Origin: Paramoeba atlantica
Taxonomy: Eukaryota > Protista > Discosea
Direction of reading: 5' to 3'
Assembly (NCBI GenBank): GCA_977017575.1
Contig: CDRNVI010000177.1
Coordinates: forward strand, 1 to 64,000
Length of the DNA stretch: 64,000 nt
Part shown: positions 11,601 through 21,779 of the stretch, piece by piece
How positions within the stretch are numbered: position 1 is the stretch's first letter
Layout of the letters: each line of letters begins with the position of its first letter
Translations under genes and position numbers: made by a program
Notes under the pieces: generated by a model
The model's input: the letters and a program-made list of their open reading frames with translations, nothing else
Databases searched by the model: none
Told to the model about the DNA's origin: nothing

Positions 11601-12208
11601 ATTGGGGCTGCCCAGGGAGAGTTTGAGGGTTCAATCACATTTCTTTTGTGCATATCCGAAATATGGCCATGAATCAATTGGTCTTGAGTGAAAGTCGTCT
11701 TCCTCACTCTTTCTCTGATTGGTTGGGTGCCAGGTTCCACCTCGATTGGGTGTTCGGCTAAGGTTGTTCTTTGGAGTTTCTCTTGTTTAGTCCAAACATC
11801 CTCATAGTCCATCAAGGTTTGCATCAACTTTTTCAACTTGTCAGGCTTCAAAACACAACCCTCCAGTTTGAATTCATTTAGGATCTTCGGAAAATCAGCA
11901 TGAAAATCTTCCAATTCTTCCTTTGTGACACCCTTGTCACTCCTATCTCTGGCAGCAGCGGCTCTTTTGACAAGAATTGCATTCAGAATATTGGTATCTT
12001 CCAAAGTCATTTCATCATCATCATCTTCCACCAGTACACTCTTCAAATTCTTGAAATCATCAATGGGACTAGTCTCATTGGGATCATCAATGGACTCGAG
12101 GGTGCGCTCTTGGAAAAGATTGGAGTCTGGGATCTCAGTAATTATGATGTTGTCAAAATCACTTTTCTCACAATAAACAACACGAGCAATTGGCTTGGAA
12201 TTGTCCAA
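8615..12208 (-). CDS. Gypsy pol: RT, RNase H, long linker and integrase HHCC zinc-binding region
   Basis: RFCIDYRHLN, YVDDIVIFS, HVDASKNGLG, YTDHLAL, GPDALSQ and H..PIARHLG...CRTCLTCQ. Confidence 0.96.
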   Translation of the reverse strand: MDNSKPIARVVYCEKSDFDNIIITEIPDSNLFQERTLESIDDPNETSPIDDFKNLKSVLVEDDDDEMTLEDTNILNAILVKRAAAARDRSDKGVTKEELEDFHADFPKILNEFKLEGCVLKPDKLKKLMQTLMDYEDVWTKQEKLQRTTLAEHPIEVEPGTQPIRERVRKTTFTQDQLIHGHISDMHKRNVIEPSNSPWAAPIHLVDKKDGKIRFCIDYRHLNKVTKKDAYPLPSLNDILNTLGNAKYYSTVDLSSAFWSIPISKEDREKTAFISKYGLWQWISMPFSLTNAPATQQRFIEKVLDGMLWDCCMVYVDDIVIFSQTEEEHIEKIKQLLQRLRDAGLMVNTKKCSFAQLEFEILGHICSGDGVSPNPKKVSAILDYPMPEDRPALHRFLGLVTWVAKFIQNTSSKTINLRKLLHGKEPFKMEEDHIEEFESIKKALAEPPMLAYPEFEKPFHVHVDASKNGLGAILTQLDENEHHRVIAFASAPLKVAQKKMTASVLECIGVVWAVTYFRQYVHGRSFYVYTDHLALVTTFKTPLTSQTLDKLATRLLGYDMHIMHAPGSKMTGPDALSQANYVKYEGDPPEYCGKIGDLPLQFPGQGTDVDERVGNLRGKLNHTVNSIVENQPITGYDLVVRTSSDGSCTEWIFEPVSEKKSGMMVNAISTKKPRRKKSIQLEELRDKPLEETPCSPELVGSSKPVYSSEKDDIRKLGERSLCIQDLRVKVGPRECKIQDLGVQRPTTNQESSGQSYSELQIIEDSSSTELGIMNGSLTGDPLFDLMKENEMNQGSDRNPALGDGDCISVNPVSVLQAHKESNVDEDSREVEMDAQVNWKRSGKRYEIDGREFVFGTAPLPGLRVEDKVLGPAVQESLCDLKKKTHVDGMKWCPSGGDGCRNLPNDGSRSVETSDKPESVNIHDVQTPAGFNSENCSSQLVSGDPDTQNLYENPDTHKLRCERTNVLSEPCQPVQESSETVTHRLRTRKQKERVESKGMEISEEEQDSESGKGKDSEEESETNKPLTDYKSKHPSEFLIDDRKLIKEQDKDNWIKSIKRRLETGKWPKDKNEKNRLQRKEGDFYLADGILRKVDPNVLPNALPPAVLPDHLIGAALLQFHVDPIARHLGGLLTYLKIKSRFYFPKMYTVVQQFCRTCLTCQLNKTGRVDQPPAGEEIEPEGFPGIILHVDNTQVSRTA

Positions 12209-13354
12209 TCAGACTTCTCGAAAGCGAGGATTCGAAATGGCAACATAAGATTCTCCACCCTCCATTCTTACTAGGCCCTCTTGGAGTACGAGATCTTGAC
12301 AATATCTATGGACTGGCATGACATAACCATCACTTTCGCCTTGGTAATTTGTATCTTTGGACATTTTTTCAGAAACTTTCAATTTCACAACTCTTCTTGA
12401 ACGGGGTGGGATTTTCACAGCTTGTGGGTAAAGAAGAGCAACAGGTCGAGGATTGGGAACTACGCTTGCAATGACAGTTTCCTTTTTCTTTTTCACAGAG
12501 AAGGGAACAGGAGTACCACCATAAGGAATCACGAATCCACGGCTGTTCATAATATCCAAACCCACATCAACTTGGTAACCCAGGCCCAAAATCACGTTCA
12601 AAGTCAAATTGTTCAAGACAGAGAAATAAATGTTCCTCTTCACAGATCCCAAAACAACTGGCAAGGCTACTCTCCCCAAACGTTGTAAAGCATCACCACC
12701 AGCAGAGAGAAATCGACTCAAATGTCTTGCTTTTTCTAAGGTTAAGTGACTAAAATGTTTCTGGTAAAAATCACTGCTAATGCAGTCAACTGTCGCTCCA
12801 GAATCGATTGCAAACACCACTTCTTTGTTCCCCAATTTTCCTTTCACCAATAAGGGTGTATCAGTGTTAAGTTCAACCACATCAATTTCGAGGTGGTTTT
12901 CCGCTTCTTCTCTTTGTTTTGTCACTTCCACTGGGTTGGGAGGGCCTTGAATCACCGAAACAGATTGTGTCTTGACTTGTGAGTCCTTTAATTGGAGATT
13001 TGGTTGAGCAGGTGGTGCAGCACAAGTCAGGGGAAGTTGCACTTCAGATTGGGGAAATTGAGAGGTTTGACATCGAGATTGTTGAGAAACCAAAAGAGGA
13101 GATTGAGAAGGTTGAGAGAGTTGAGAAGATTCGAGAGAGGATTGTTGAGGAATTTGTTGAGCAGGTCAAGTGGATTGAGAGAATTGCAGAGATTCAAGAG
13201 AAGGTTGTTGAGAAACTTGTTGAACCAGTTGAGAGAGCTGAGAAAATTGAGAAAACCCGAAAGAAGATTGTTGAGAGAATTGTACAAAATCTGTGGAAGC
13301 TAAATGAGGAGATTTTATGAGGGGGTGTTCCCTGTGCCCCCAGGCCGAAAATCC
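12209..13354 (-). CDS. Gypsy aspartic protease region with a Q/S-rich N-terminal linker (one in-frame TGA at 13166)
   Basis: FAIDSGATVDCI active site. Same frame as pol, separated from it by a single TGA at 12209-12211. Confidence 0.88.
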
Positions 13355-14535
13355 TGTTCTGTTGATTGAGTTCGAGGTTGTTGAGGTTGCTGTCCCTGTA
13401 ACTGTTGCTGTTGTTGTGTTTGATCCAAAATTAGTTGTTGTTGCCTTTGAAGGATTTGAGGATCGAGTCAACCAGTTGTTTGTTGGGAATCAAGGAGAAG
13501 TTGTTGTAATTGAGCAAGAGTGTGGGATTGAGGTTGTGATGCCGGTGGTTGAGATTGAGTAAGAGCTTGCTCAAGTTGTGGTAAGGCTCCCTGAGGTTGT
13601 TGGTATTGTATTGCCTGACGAGGTGTGACAGAAGTATTGTTGGTCCCAGTTGGTTGTATAGGAAGAAATGTTGTACCAGGGGTTGGTTGGATTGCTCCCA
13701 CAGTTGTGCTTGGATTCTGAAACTCAGGTGGTTGATGTGTTACGGCTTGGGGTGTTGGTAAGATGCCAGCTTGTCTTGGATTTTGTTGGGTTAATGCTGT
13801 TGTCAGGGGTGCGTTTTCAAATAGAGGTCCAGCTGCACCAGATTTCGGGCAATGCATGGCCTTATGTCCTAAGGCACCACATGTGAAGCACTTCCCTTGA
13901 AAAGAACCAAACTGACCTCTACCACATCCTCGGCCCCGGCCTCGGCGGCGTGAGTAACAATCTTCCATATCATGTCCAGATTTCCCACAAAAGTCACAAA
14001 TCCTCCCTCTTCCTGTTGGAGGTTGAAAAGAGTTTGGTTGTCCACTTGACCAGGATGCAGATAGAACTGTTGGGAACTGTTGCACAGGAGATTGTTGAAA
14101 TTGTCCTTGGGGAAATTGTTGCACTGGAGATTGTTGAAATTGTCCTTGGGGAAATTGTTGTGCTGGGGATTGTTGAAATTGTTGCTGAGAAGATTGTTGG
14201 ATTTGTTGCTGAAGAGCTTGTTGCGCTTGTTGTATTTGTTGTTTTTGGAGAGCCTCAATATTTACCTTGTACTGACAATCTGAGGTGGAATGTTGTGATG
14301 GCCTGCAAAATGAACATCGAAAAGGGGTCCCCTTCTGCAAAACTGCTTGCATTGCATCTGACTGTTTCAAAAGGGCATTCACCACTGCATGTTGGTCAGG
14401 ATCCCCGTTCCTTGAGCTTGAAGACTTGGATTCTGATTTCGCTTTCTGCCACGCTCTGTCCACATACTCCTTGTCCTTCAACCATTCCATAAATTTCATG
14501 TTGTTCCCTGAATTGTGTTTTACTATTCTTGACAC
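13317..14535 (-). CDS. Gypsy gag, C-terminal part with three CCHC zinc knuckles; the N-terminus appears to be lost
   Basis: CSFCRPSQHSTSDC, CDFCGKSGHDMEDC and CFTCGALGHKAMHC. The Q-rich frame continues past TGA 13468 to TAA 13317. No ATG start: the frame begins at a rearrangement junction. Confidence 0.88.
13321..13354 (-). promoter_or_regulatory. Candidate -1 ribosomal frameshift signal (gag to pro-pol)
   Basis: G GAT TTT in the gag frame at 13354-13348, a 6-nt spacer, then a GGGGG-N11-CCCCC stem. The pro-pol frame is -1 relative to gag. Confidence 0.55.
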
Positions 14536-14555
14536 CTCATTAGGGCTGAAAGGGA

Positions 14556-14734
14556 GCTTTTCTCAGTTGTGATTCCTTTTGTTGTTCTTCTTCTTGCTTT
14601 TCTGTTTCTTTGTTGTTGTTTTCTTGTTCTGTTTGTGTTGGCTGGGGATCTTTCCCATAAAGGTTTTGATCCAGAGTTTCTGTTTCTCTTTCTTTTCTCT
14701 TGTTTTCTCTGTTGATCCTGCTCCCCTCCTCACA
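14556..14734 (+). repeat. Inverted internal fragment of the element's own LTR end
   Basis: Reverse complement of LTR positions 6231 to about 6409, ending exactly at the LTR terminus CTCCTCACA. Confidence 0.92.
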
Positions 14735-14797
14735 ACTTCCATGAGTTCTGTGACTTCTGTGACTCCTGTGACTACACGCAACTATTTCGTTTGTTTG

Positions 14798-15906
14798 GAA
14801 TAGAACTGATCCGGATGACCTTGCTCAGAACCGGCCAAAACAGGGTGTTTCCAAAATATTGCTCAAACAACTTCAAAAAGGGAACAGAACTTCAGAAATT
14901 ATCAAGAGTCTTAGGTTGCCACTAGAATCATCGAAAAGCAAGAGAAGGGAAGAGAAAACCACTCAAAAGAACAGTTCAAAACAAGATCCAATCACTGTGG
15001 GGAAGTTTCCAAATTTCCGCGAGAACAGGCCCAGAAAGGAGGATAAATTTCCAAAAATTACAGGGATTGTTCGAAATGTCTTGGAGATTGCCAGGGGACA
15101 AAATAAAGGGAAAGAAATTACTGGAGAAAACAAGTCCAAATATAATTGTCTCAAATTGTCCAAAACAGAGGTTCTTCGAAAATTTCGCTGGAACAAGATC
15201 AGAATAGGGGATAACCTTCTGAAAAGCCACTTGGTAACTCCCAAACACCTCAAGAGTCGCCAACAAACAAGAAAGGGAAAAGAAACTGTCCAAAAACAAT
15301 TCCAAAACACAAAGGGCTCAAAGAGAGAAATCTTCCAAAACACAAGAACTCAAAGAGAGAAATCTTTTAGAAATTCCGCCAGAACAAGGTCGAAACGAGG
15401 AATAAATTTCTGAAAGGTCACCAAAAGCTTCCAAACACTTCAAGAATCGCCCACGACAAAATAGAAGAGAAGACTGTTGAGAACACACGTCCGAAACACA
15501 ATTGATTCAAATAAGTCTTTTCGCAAATTCCGCAAAAACAAGGTTAAAAGGGGAATCCAATTCAAAACAAGGTCCAGAGAGAGAATCAAATTCTGAAAAT
15601 TCGCAGGGGACTTTGAATTGTTCTAGTAATCGTCAAAAAAAAAACAAGGTCGAAAAGCAAAATCAAAAGAAAACAATTTTGAAGCTCAATTGTTTCAAAT
15701 AAGAGTATTTTTCTTTTTTTCAGAGATTCCACTGAAACAAGGTTGAAAGAGGGAATTGAATTCTAAAAATTCGTCAAAAGCTTTGAATCACCTTGAGAAT
15801 CAATAAAAGACAAACAAAGAGGGAAAACCAACAAGAAAACAGCCTTGGAACAGAATTCGCCCAAAGAGAGGAAATTTCCGGAAATTCCAACAAAACAAGG
15901 TCAAAA
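14798..15906. repeat. Direct duplication of about 1.1 kb within the gypsy 5' leader (copy 1)
   Basis: Near-identical to 17535-18649. Contains recurring AACAAGGT(C/T) motifs. Confidence 0.93.
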
Positions 15907-17534
15907 AAATATGATCCAAGATTCCAAACAAATGAAATAGTTGCGTGTAATCACAGGAGTCACAGAAGTCACAGAAGTCACAGAAGTCACAGAAGTCACA
16001 GATCCAATTCAGGCTGGATGAAAAACAAGATGTCCCAGAGTTACAAAATACAGTGTATAATTCAAGGTTGGTCCAGTCAGGCAAGGTAACTCAAGAAAGA
16101 AATCGAAACAAAGGATTCTCCACACAATAAGCCAGTAATTTCAAGGAAGATTTCCAGAAAATTCGATTCCTCAATCCAGGCAAAGGAATTGGACCACAAA
16201 GATTCAAGGGATTTCGCTGGAATGAATACTGGTTGAAGAAAACTAAACTTCTGGGATGCTCAAAAATCTGCAAAATCCAAAAACAGAAAGAGTTTGAAAG
16301 GACTTTGTCACAAACAGTTCCAATAATGAACAAATCAGAGAAATACAGGAAAGTTCAGTGACTGGAAATAGCACAGAAGGAATCAAAGGAATCAAGAAAA
16401 AATAATCCCAGAAAATCCCAGCAAACAAATGATTATCCAACAGCAATAATTCAAAAATGTCTTATGTTGTCACTCAATTCAAAAGAAAAAAGGGAACAAG
16501 ATGCTAGAAACTCGAAAATTGCCAAGCAGGATGGAACTGTAAGGTTTCAGGGCTGAAAAACAGTGAGAAATTCCAAAACTTTCACTCTAAAACAACAGGA
16601 AAGAGTTCAGAAGAGAGGGGTGTCTTGTTGTCTCGCTTGGGTAAGGAGCAAACAAGGCCACAAAAGAACTCAGTAATCCAAATGCAAAAACAGGGAGTCA
16701 CTCTGGCGGAAAATACAAGAGAATATCCGAAACTTGAAGCCCATGGAACAATGAGAGTCCAGAATAACCAACAAAGGGATTGTTTCTGAAGAAGGTCCAA
16801 TCCAAGAGAGAACTTCAATAAATTTAGAAGTGATTTGTCGCTAATACTGACTCAAACAATGTAAGGTTCAATCACAAACTCAGGAAATCAGATGAAATAT
16901 TTGAGAATCCAAGAATTGGCTCAAAAATGATTCAGAAAGAATATGATCTCAGAAAGGTCTTTCCTGTCCCACAAAATTCTACAAGGAAGGTTGTCCACAA
17001 ATTCAACTCAAGGATGAAGGGGAGAACACACTCAAAATCAGCGGATCACGAAAGAAAAATCAGGAATCCTCACAGTCACACAAACAAAACTCTCCGAAAT
17101 ACCACCAAAACAGAACTGAGATTGAGGGTAATTTCTTAAGAAATCGTCAAAAGGAGTAACAATGTTTTGCAAATCGCCAAAGGAGTAAGCAGAGAACCGA
17201 AAGACCACTAAAGGAAATGACTTCAAATTTAATTAACTTGAAAATCGGCCAAACAGGGTATTTCTGGAGTGTCACTCAAACAGGCTCAAAAGAGGGGAAC
17301 AAACTTCTCAAATTTGTTGAAAACCTTTTAATGCTAATAGAATCGTCAAAGAACAAAACAAGAACAATAAAACTACTAAACAGAGCAATTCAGAGGGCGA
17401 TCCAGTCAATGTGTGGTTCTCAAAAATTCCGCAAACAGGGCACAAAACAGTGGGTAAATTTCCAAAAATTATGGGGATTGTTCAAGATATTTCAAAAATC
17501 AACTAAGAACAAAATAAGAGGAAAGAAAACCACA

Positions 17535-18649
17535 GAATAGAACTGATCCGGATGACCTCACTCAGAACCGGCCAAAACGGGGTGTTTCCAAAATATTGCT
17601 CAAACGACTTCAAAAAGGGAACAGAACTTCAGAAATTATCAAAAATCTTAGGTTGCCACTAGAATCGTCGAAAAAAGCAAGAGAAGGGAAGAGAAAACCA
17701 CTCAAAAGAACAGTTTAAAACAAGATCCAATCACTGTGAGGAAGTTTTCGAATTTCCGCGAGAACAGGCCCAGAAAGGAGGATAAATTTCCAAAAATTAC
17801 AGGGATTGTTCGAAATGTCTTGGAGATTGCCAGGGGACAAAATAAAGGGAAAGAAATCACTGGAGAAAACAAGTCCAAATATAATTGTCTCAAATTGTCC
17901 AAAACAGAGGTTCTTCGAAAATTTCACCAGAACAAGATCAGAATAGGGGATAACCTTCTGAAAAGCCACTTGGTAACTCCCAAACACCTCAAGAGTCGCC
18001 AACAAACAAGAAAGGGAAAAGAAACTGTCCAAAAACAATTCCAAAACACAAAGGGCTCAAAGAGAGAAATCTTCTAAAACACAAGAACTCAAAGAGAGAA
18101 ATCTTTTAGAAATTCTGCCAGAGCAAGGTCGAAACGAGGAATAAATTTCTGAAAGGTCACCAAAAGCTTCCAAACACTTCAAGAATCGCCCACGACAAAA
18201 TAGAAGAGAAGACTGTTGAGAACACACATCCAAAACACAATTGATTCAAATAAGTCTTTTCGCAAATTCTGCAAAAACAAGGTCAAAAAGAGGAATCCAA
18301 TTCAAAACAAGGTCTAGAGAGAGAATCAAATTCTGAAAATTCGCAGGGGACTTTGAATTGTTCTAGTAATCGTCAAAAAAAAAACAAGGTCGAAAAGCAA
18401 AATCAAAAGAAAACAATTTTGAAGCTCAATTGTTTCAAATAAGAGTATTTTTCTTTTTTTCAGAGATTCCACCGAAACAAGGTTGAAAGAGGGAATTGAA
18501 TTCTAAAAATTCGTCAAAAGCTTTGAATCACCTTGAGAATCAATAAAAGACAAACAAAGAGGGAAAACCAACAAGAAAACAGCCTTGGAACAGAATTCAC
18601 CCAAAGAGAGGGAAAAATTCCGGAAATTCCAACAAAACAAGGTCAAAAA
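17535..18649. repeat. Direct duplication of about 1.1 kb within the gypsy 5' leader (copy 2)
   Basis: Near-identical to 14798-15906. Confidence 0.93.
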
Positions 18650-19228
18650 TCGAGATAAATTTCCAAAAATTTGTTTGAAGCTTTAAATAACCTTGAGAAT
18701 CAACAAGGAAAGAGAATGGGGCGCAAAATCGGTGCAAAAATCGATTCCAAAACACAAGTGCTTCAAATCAGGGTTCTTTTTCTTAAAAATTGACCAAAAC
18801 AGAGCCAAGAAAAGAGAAACAAGTTTCCAAACCGGTTATTTGGGTCTCAAATATCCTCAAGAGTCACAAAGGGATGAAACAAAACAAAAGGAGTCACAAA
18901 AGAAGAGGTTTGAAAGTCACCACCTTAAAAAAAGGAGGGAAAAATCACAAAAACTGGAACTTTCTTGCTAATAATCCAAAATCGGTCAGGGAAAATGGGC
19001 AGGATTCACCAACAACCAAATTCAATCGTAAAACAAAAGAAAAGAGAGCAGAAAAAGCAAAAGAAAGATCAAGAGAAATGAAAAACCGATTTTCGCCACA
19101 AAATCTGGGTCCAAAAACGCGAAAGAAACACAGGGAGAAAGGCCTGAAAAATGCACAGCCACTTTAGAAGGAGAAGAATCAAAAAAAACAATCCTTGATA
19201 AATCAGAGTGCAATCAATCTCACTGAAG

Positions 19229-19243
19229 TCACTGGGAGCACCA
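19229..19243 (-). promoter_or_regulatory. Primer binding site
   Basis: TGGTGCTCCCAGTGA, 2 nt inside the 5' LTR, complementary to a tRNA ending ...TCACTGGGAGCACCA. This resembles the eukaryotic tRNA-Ile(UAU) 3' end (tentative). Confidence 0.85.
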
Positions 19244-19245
19244 CG

Positions 19246-19870
19246 TGTGAGGAGGGGAGCAGGATCAACAGAGAAAACAAGAGAAAAGAAAGAGAAACAG
19301 AAACTCTGGATCAAAACCTTTATGGGAAAGATCTCTAGCCAACACAAACAGAACAAGAAAACAACAACAAAGAAATAGAAAAGCAAAAAGAAGAACAACA
19401 AAAGGAATCACAACTGAGAAAAGCACAGAATCACCGAAACTCAACTCAAATCGGAATCTCAAGCCTACACAGCAACCAAAGAAGGAAGAAAGCAACAAAA
19501 GATGATGACAACAAAAGAAGAGAACAGAAAGCAAGCAAGGCAAGCCAAAAGATCACAAAGGAAAGCAAAGAGAGAGAGAGAGAGCGACAAGAAAGCAGAA
19601 AGAAAGCAGAAGGGGCAAAGCAGCAAGAAAAGGGGGCCAAAAACGCGAACGCGAAAACTGAATAAAAAGAGCACTAAAAATCTCGTGATTTTGGCTAAAA
19701 TCACGATAAAATGGCGCGTGGCTGTCTGTGAGGCTCAGGGCTCTCCGAAAGGACCAAAACTCATGATAAAAGGCATCAAGGAAGCTCAGGGAAGGCTCAG
19801 GGAGGCTCAAGGAACTGAAAAGGCACTGAAAGGCACAACTTCCGTGTTGGAAGCAGGTCTCACCCCAACA
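19246..19870 (-). repeat. 5' LTR of the gypsy element
   Basis: TG...CA ends. Retains more CpG than the 3' LTR (e.g. ACGCGAACGCG vs ACGTGAATGTG). Confidence 0.96.
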
Positions 19871-21334
19871 GATGGGCTCCAAAACCAAGAGATCCTTCTC
19901 TCTCCTCTCTCAGAACATTTCTGTGAGAGTGGAGAATTTCTATGTAGGGGATGGGTGCTTGAAATGTGTGATCTATAATTTGTCTCTTCTACAAAGACCT
20001 CAGATTAAGCAGAACCTTCTGAAGTTCTTTTTGAGGGGTCTTCCAACTGTGGATAAGATTGCCCATTTTACATCTGTGAGTCCACTTTGTCAGCTGTGTA
20101 GGAAAGCCAAAGAGTCAAGGGTGCATCTCCTTGAAGGATATCTGAAAGCTAAGGTGATTTTGAAAACTATTGGGAGGAGATGCTTTGTTTTAAAATTCCT
20201 GGGTGGGAAAGTGCTGACTTTATGTGTGGATTTATGAACCAGTATCTAAAGAAGGCTGAAGCATCTGCAGTGAGTGCAACTCTATTGAGCTTGTGGATCA
20301 CTGTATGTGCAGAAGGATTGAAGTTCCCAAGCTTTGCTGTTAAAATTTTTGATGAAATTGCTAAGACAAACAAGATGATCCCTAAACAAACAAAAAGAAA
20401 GGTTCTCCCTAAAGGTAAAAGAGAAGTGAAACAACCAAAGTTCAAGTACCCTGCCTTGCAAATGTTTTATAATGGCTCTGGGCATGTAAATCCCCACATT
20501 GGAGGATCTGGGTATGTGATTATTAAGGAAGGTTTGAAGGTTGGAGGTGGATTTGAAACAATCCCACTAAACTCAAATAATTTGGGTGAGTTTTCGGGAT
20601 GCTTAGCTAGTCTACAACAAGTTATTGGTTTTGGGCAACATGTAGAGATGGTGGGAGATTGTAAAATTCTGACTGAGGCAGCACCTAAGATGAAACCAAT
20701 TGATAATTTTGAGTTCAATGAGATCCTATCTGAGATCAGAAATATTGCTGAGAGTAAATTTGCCAAAGTGAAGTACACTCATGTGTATTGCAAATTCAAC
20801 AAGAGGTCAGATACAATTGCAATAGCAGCAAGTCACTCTAAAGAGGATGGGATGGAAGCTGTGTTTGATAGGAACTGGGATCCAAGATCGAAACAACTAG
20901 CAACAACCAGTGAGGAATGGATTATTGAGAATTCCAAGCTGTAGAAGTGGGTAATGAAACCATTGGATTTGGATTGGAGCTTCCCTATGAAGAAAGTTCA
21001 GTTTAAGAAGAGGTTTAAGGATAAGGTGATTACAATTAATAATATTTACTTCCCAGTACAAGCTGCACTGGATGAAGCAATGATTTCTCCTGTGTTCATT
21101 TCAGATGATATTGTTAAGTGGTTTCCAGAAAGAACTGCACTTGGAGAGATGTTAGAAAGTTTTGTTGAAAAAGAAAACCAAAAATGGAAAGAGGAGTATG
21201 AACAAGCAAGAAACTGTTGGTTGAAGAGTGCAATGAGACCTTCCATTGTAAGGAAAATTATTAGGCCTATTAAAGCTGTTGAGAAGAAAAGAATTTTGAA
21301 AGAGATTCAAATGAGAAATAGAAAGAAACATTAG
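19871..21334 (+). pseudogene. LINE copy A ORF2 C-terminus: zinc finger and RNase H
   Basis: Matches copy B 34596-36060; CQLCRKAKESRVH, SNNLGEFSGCL, VGDCKIL, HVYCKFNKRSD. Confidence 0.93.
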
Positions 21335-21478
21335 AGCTTTTGGCTACTAAGTTGGCACTGAAGTGGGTTGATCCTACTTGATTATAATAATTTAATTTAA
21401 GTGTATTCTTAGGTATCTAAATTACACTTCATTTCAATAAATGGCATCTCTGATGTTTAAAATTTAAAAAAAAAAAAA

Positions 21479-21722
21479 GAAAATATTAAAAACATTATTT
21501 TTTCTTCTTGCTCACTTGAATGTAAAAAACAAAACAGATTATTCTTTGCCCTGTCTGCTAAAAAGCAAAGAATAAATTCTCTGAAAAGGAGTTTAAGTGA
21601 ATTAAAGGTCTTTGGACCATTTGAACCTAAAGAGGTGAAACTCTATCTTTGTTATTTTTAACCTTAAAAAATTAGTGGTTTTGAGTTAAGCCATCACCTA
21701 ATAAAGTTCAGTGTTAAAAAGA
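21479..21722 (+). mobile_element. SINE family B, lacking its tRNA head, directly after the LINE A poly(A)
   Basis: Matches the reverse complement of 37346 to about 37580. Ends in AATAAA plus an A tail. Confidence 0.85.
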
Positions 21723-21779
21723 AAAAATTTATTGTTTCAAACATAGCTAAACTTAAGAAAAGACCAAAACAATTATCAA

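Larger units (their letters stand above)
6231..19870 (-). mobile_element. Full-length Ty3/gypsy LTR retrotransposon (chromovirus), 13,640 bp
   Basis: Two 625-bp TG...CA LTRs. 4-bp TSD GATG at 6227-6230 and 19871-19874, whose removal restores LINE ORF2. Order gag-PR-RT-RH-IN-chromodomain. PBS and PPT present. Confidence 0.97.
1..21478 (+). mobile_element. L1-type non-LTR retrotransposon, copy A (decayed). LINE segments are 1-1634, 2054-2851, 3476-6230 and 19871-21478; the 5' end lies outside the window
   Basis: Colinear with copy B (29429-36205) once three insertions are removed. Same 3' UTR with AATAAA, and a poly(A) tail at 21466-21478. Many premature stops lie where copy B has TGG, CGA or CGG. 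Confidence 0.95.
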
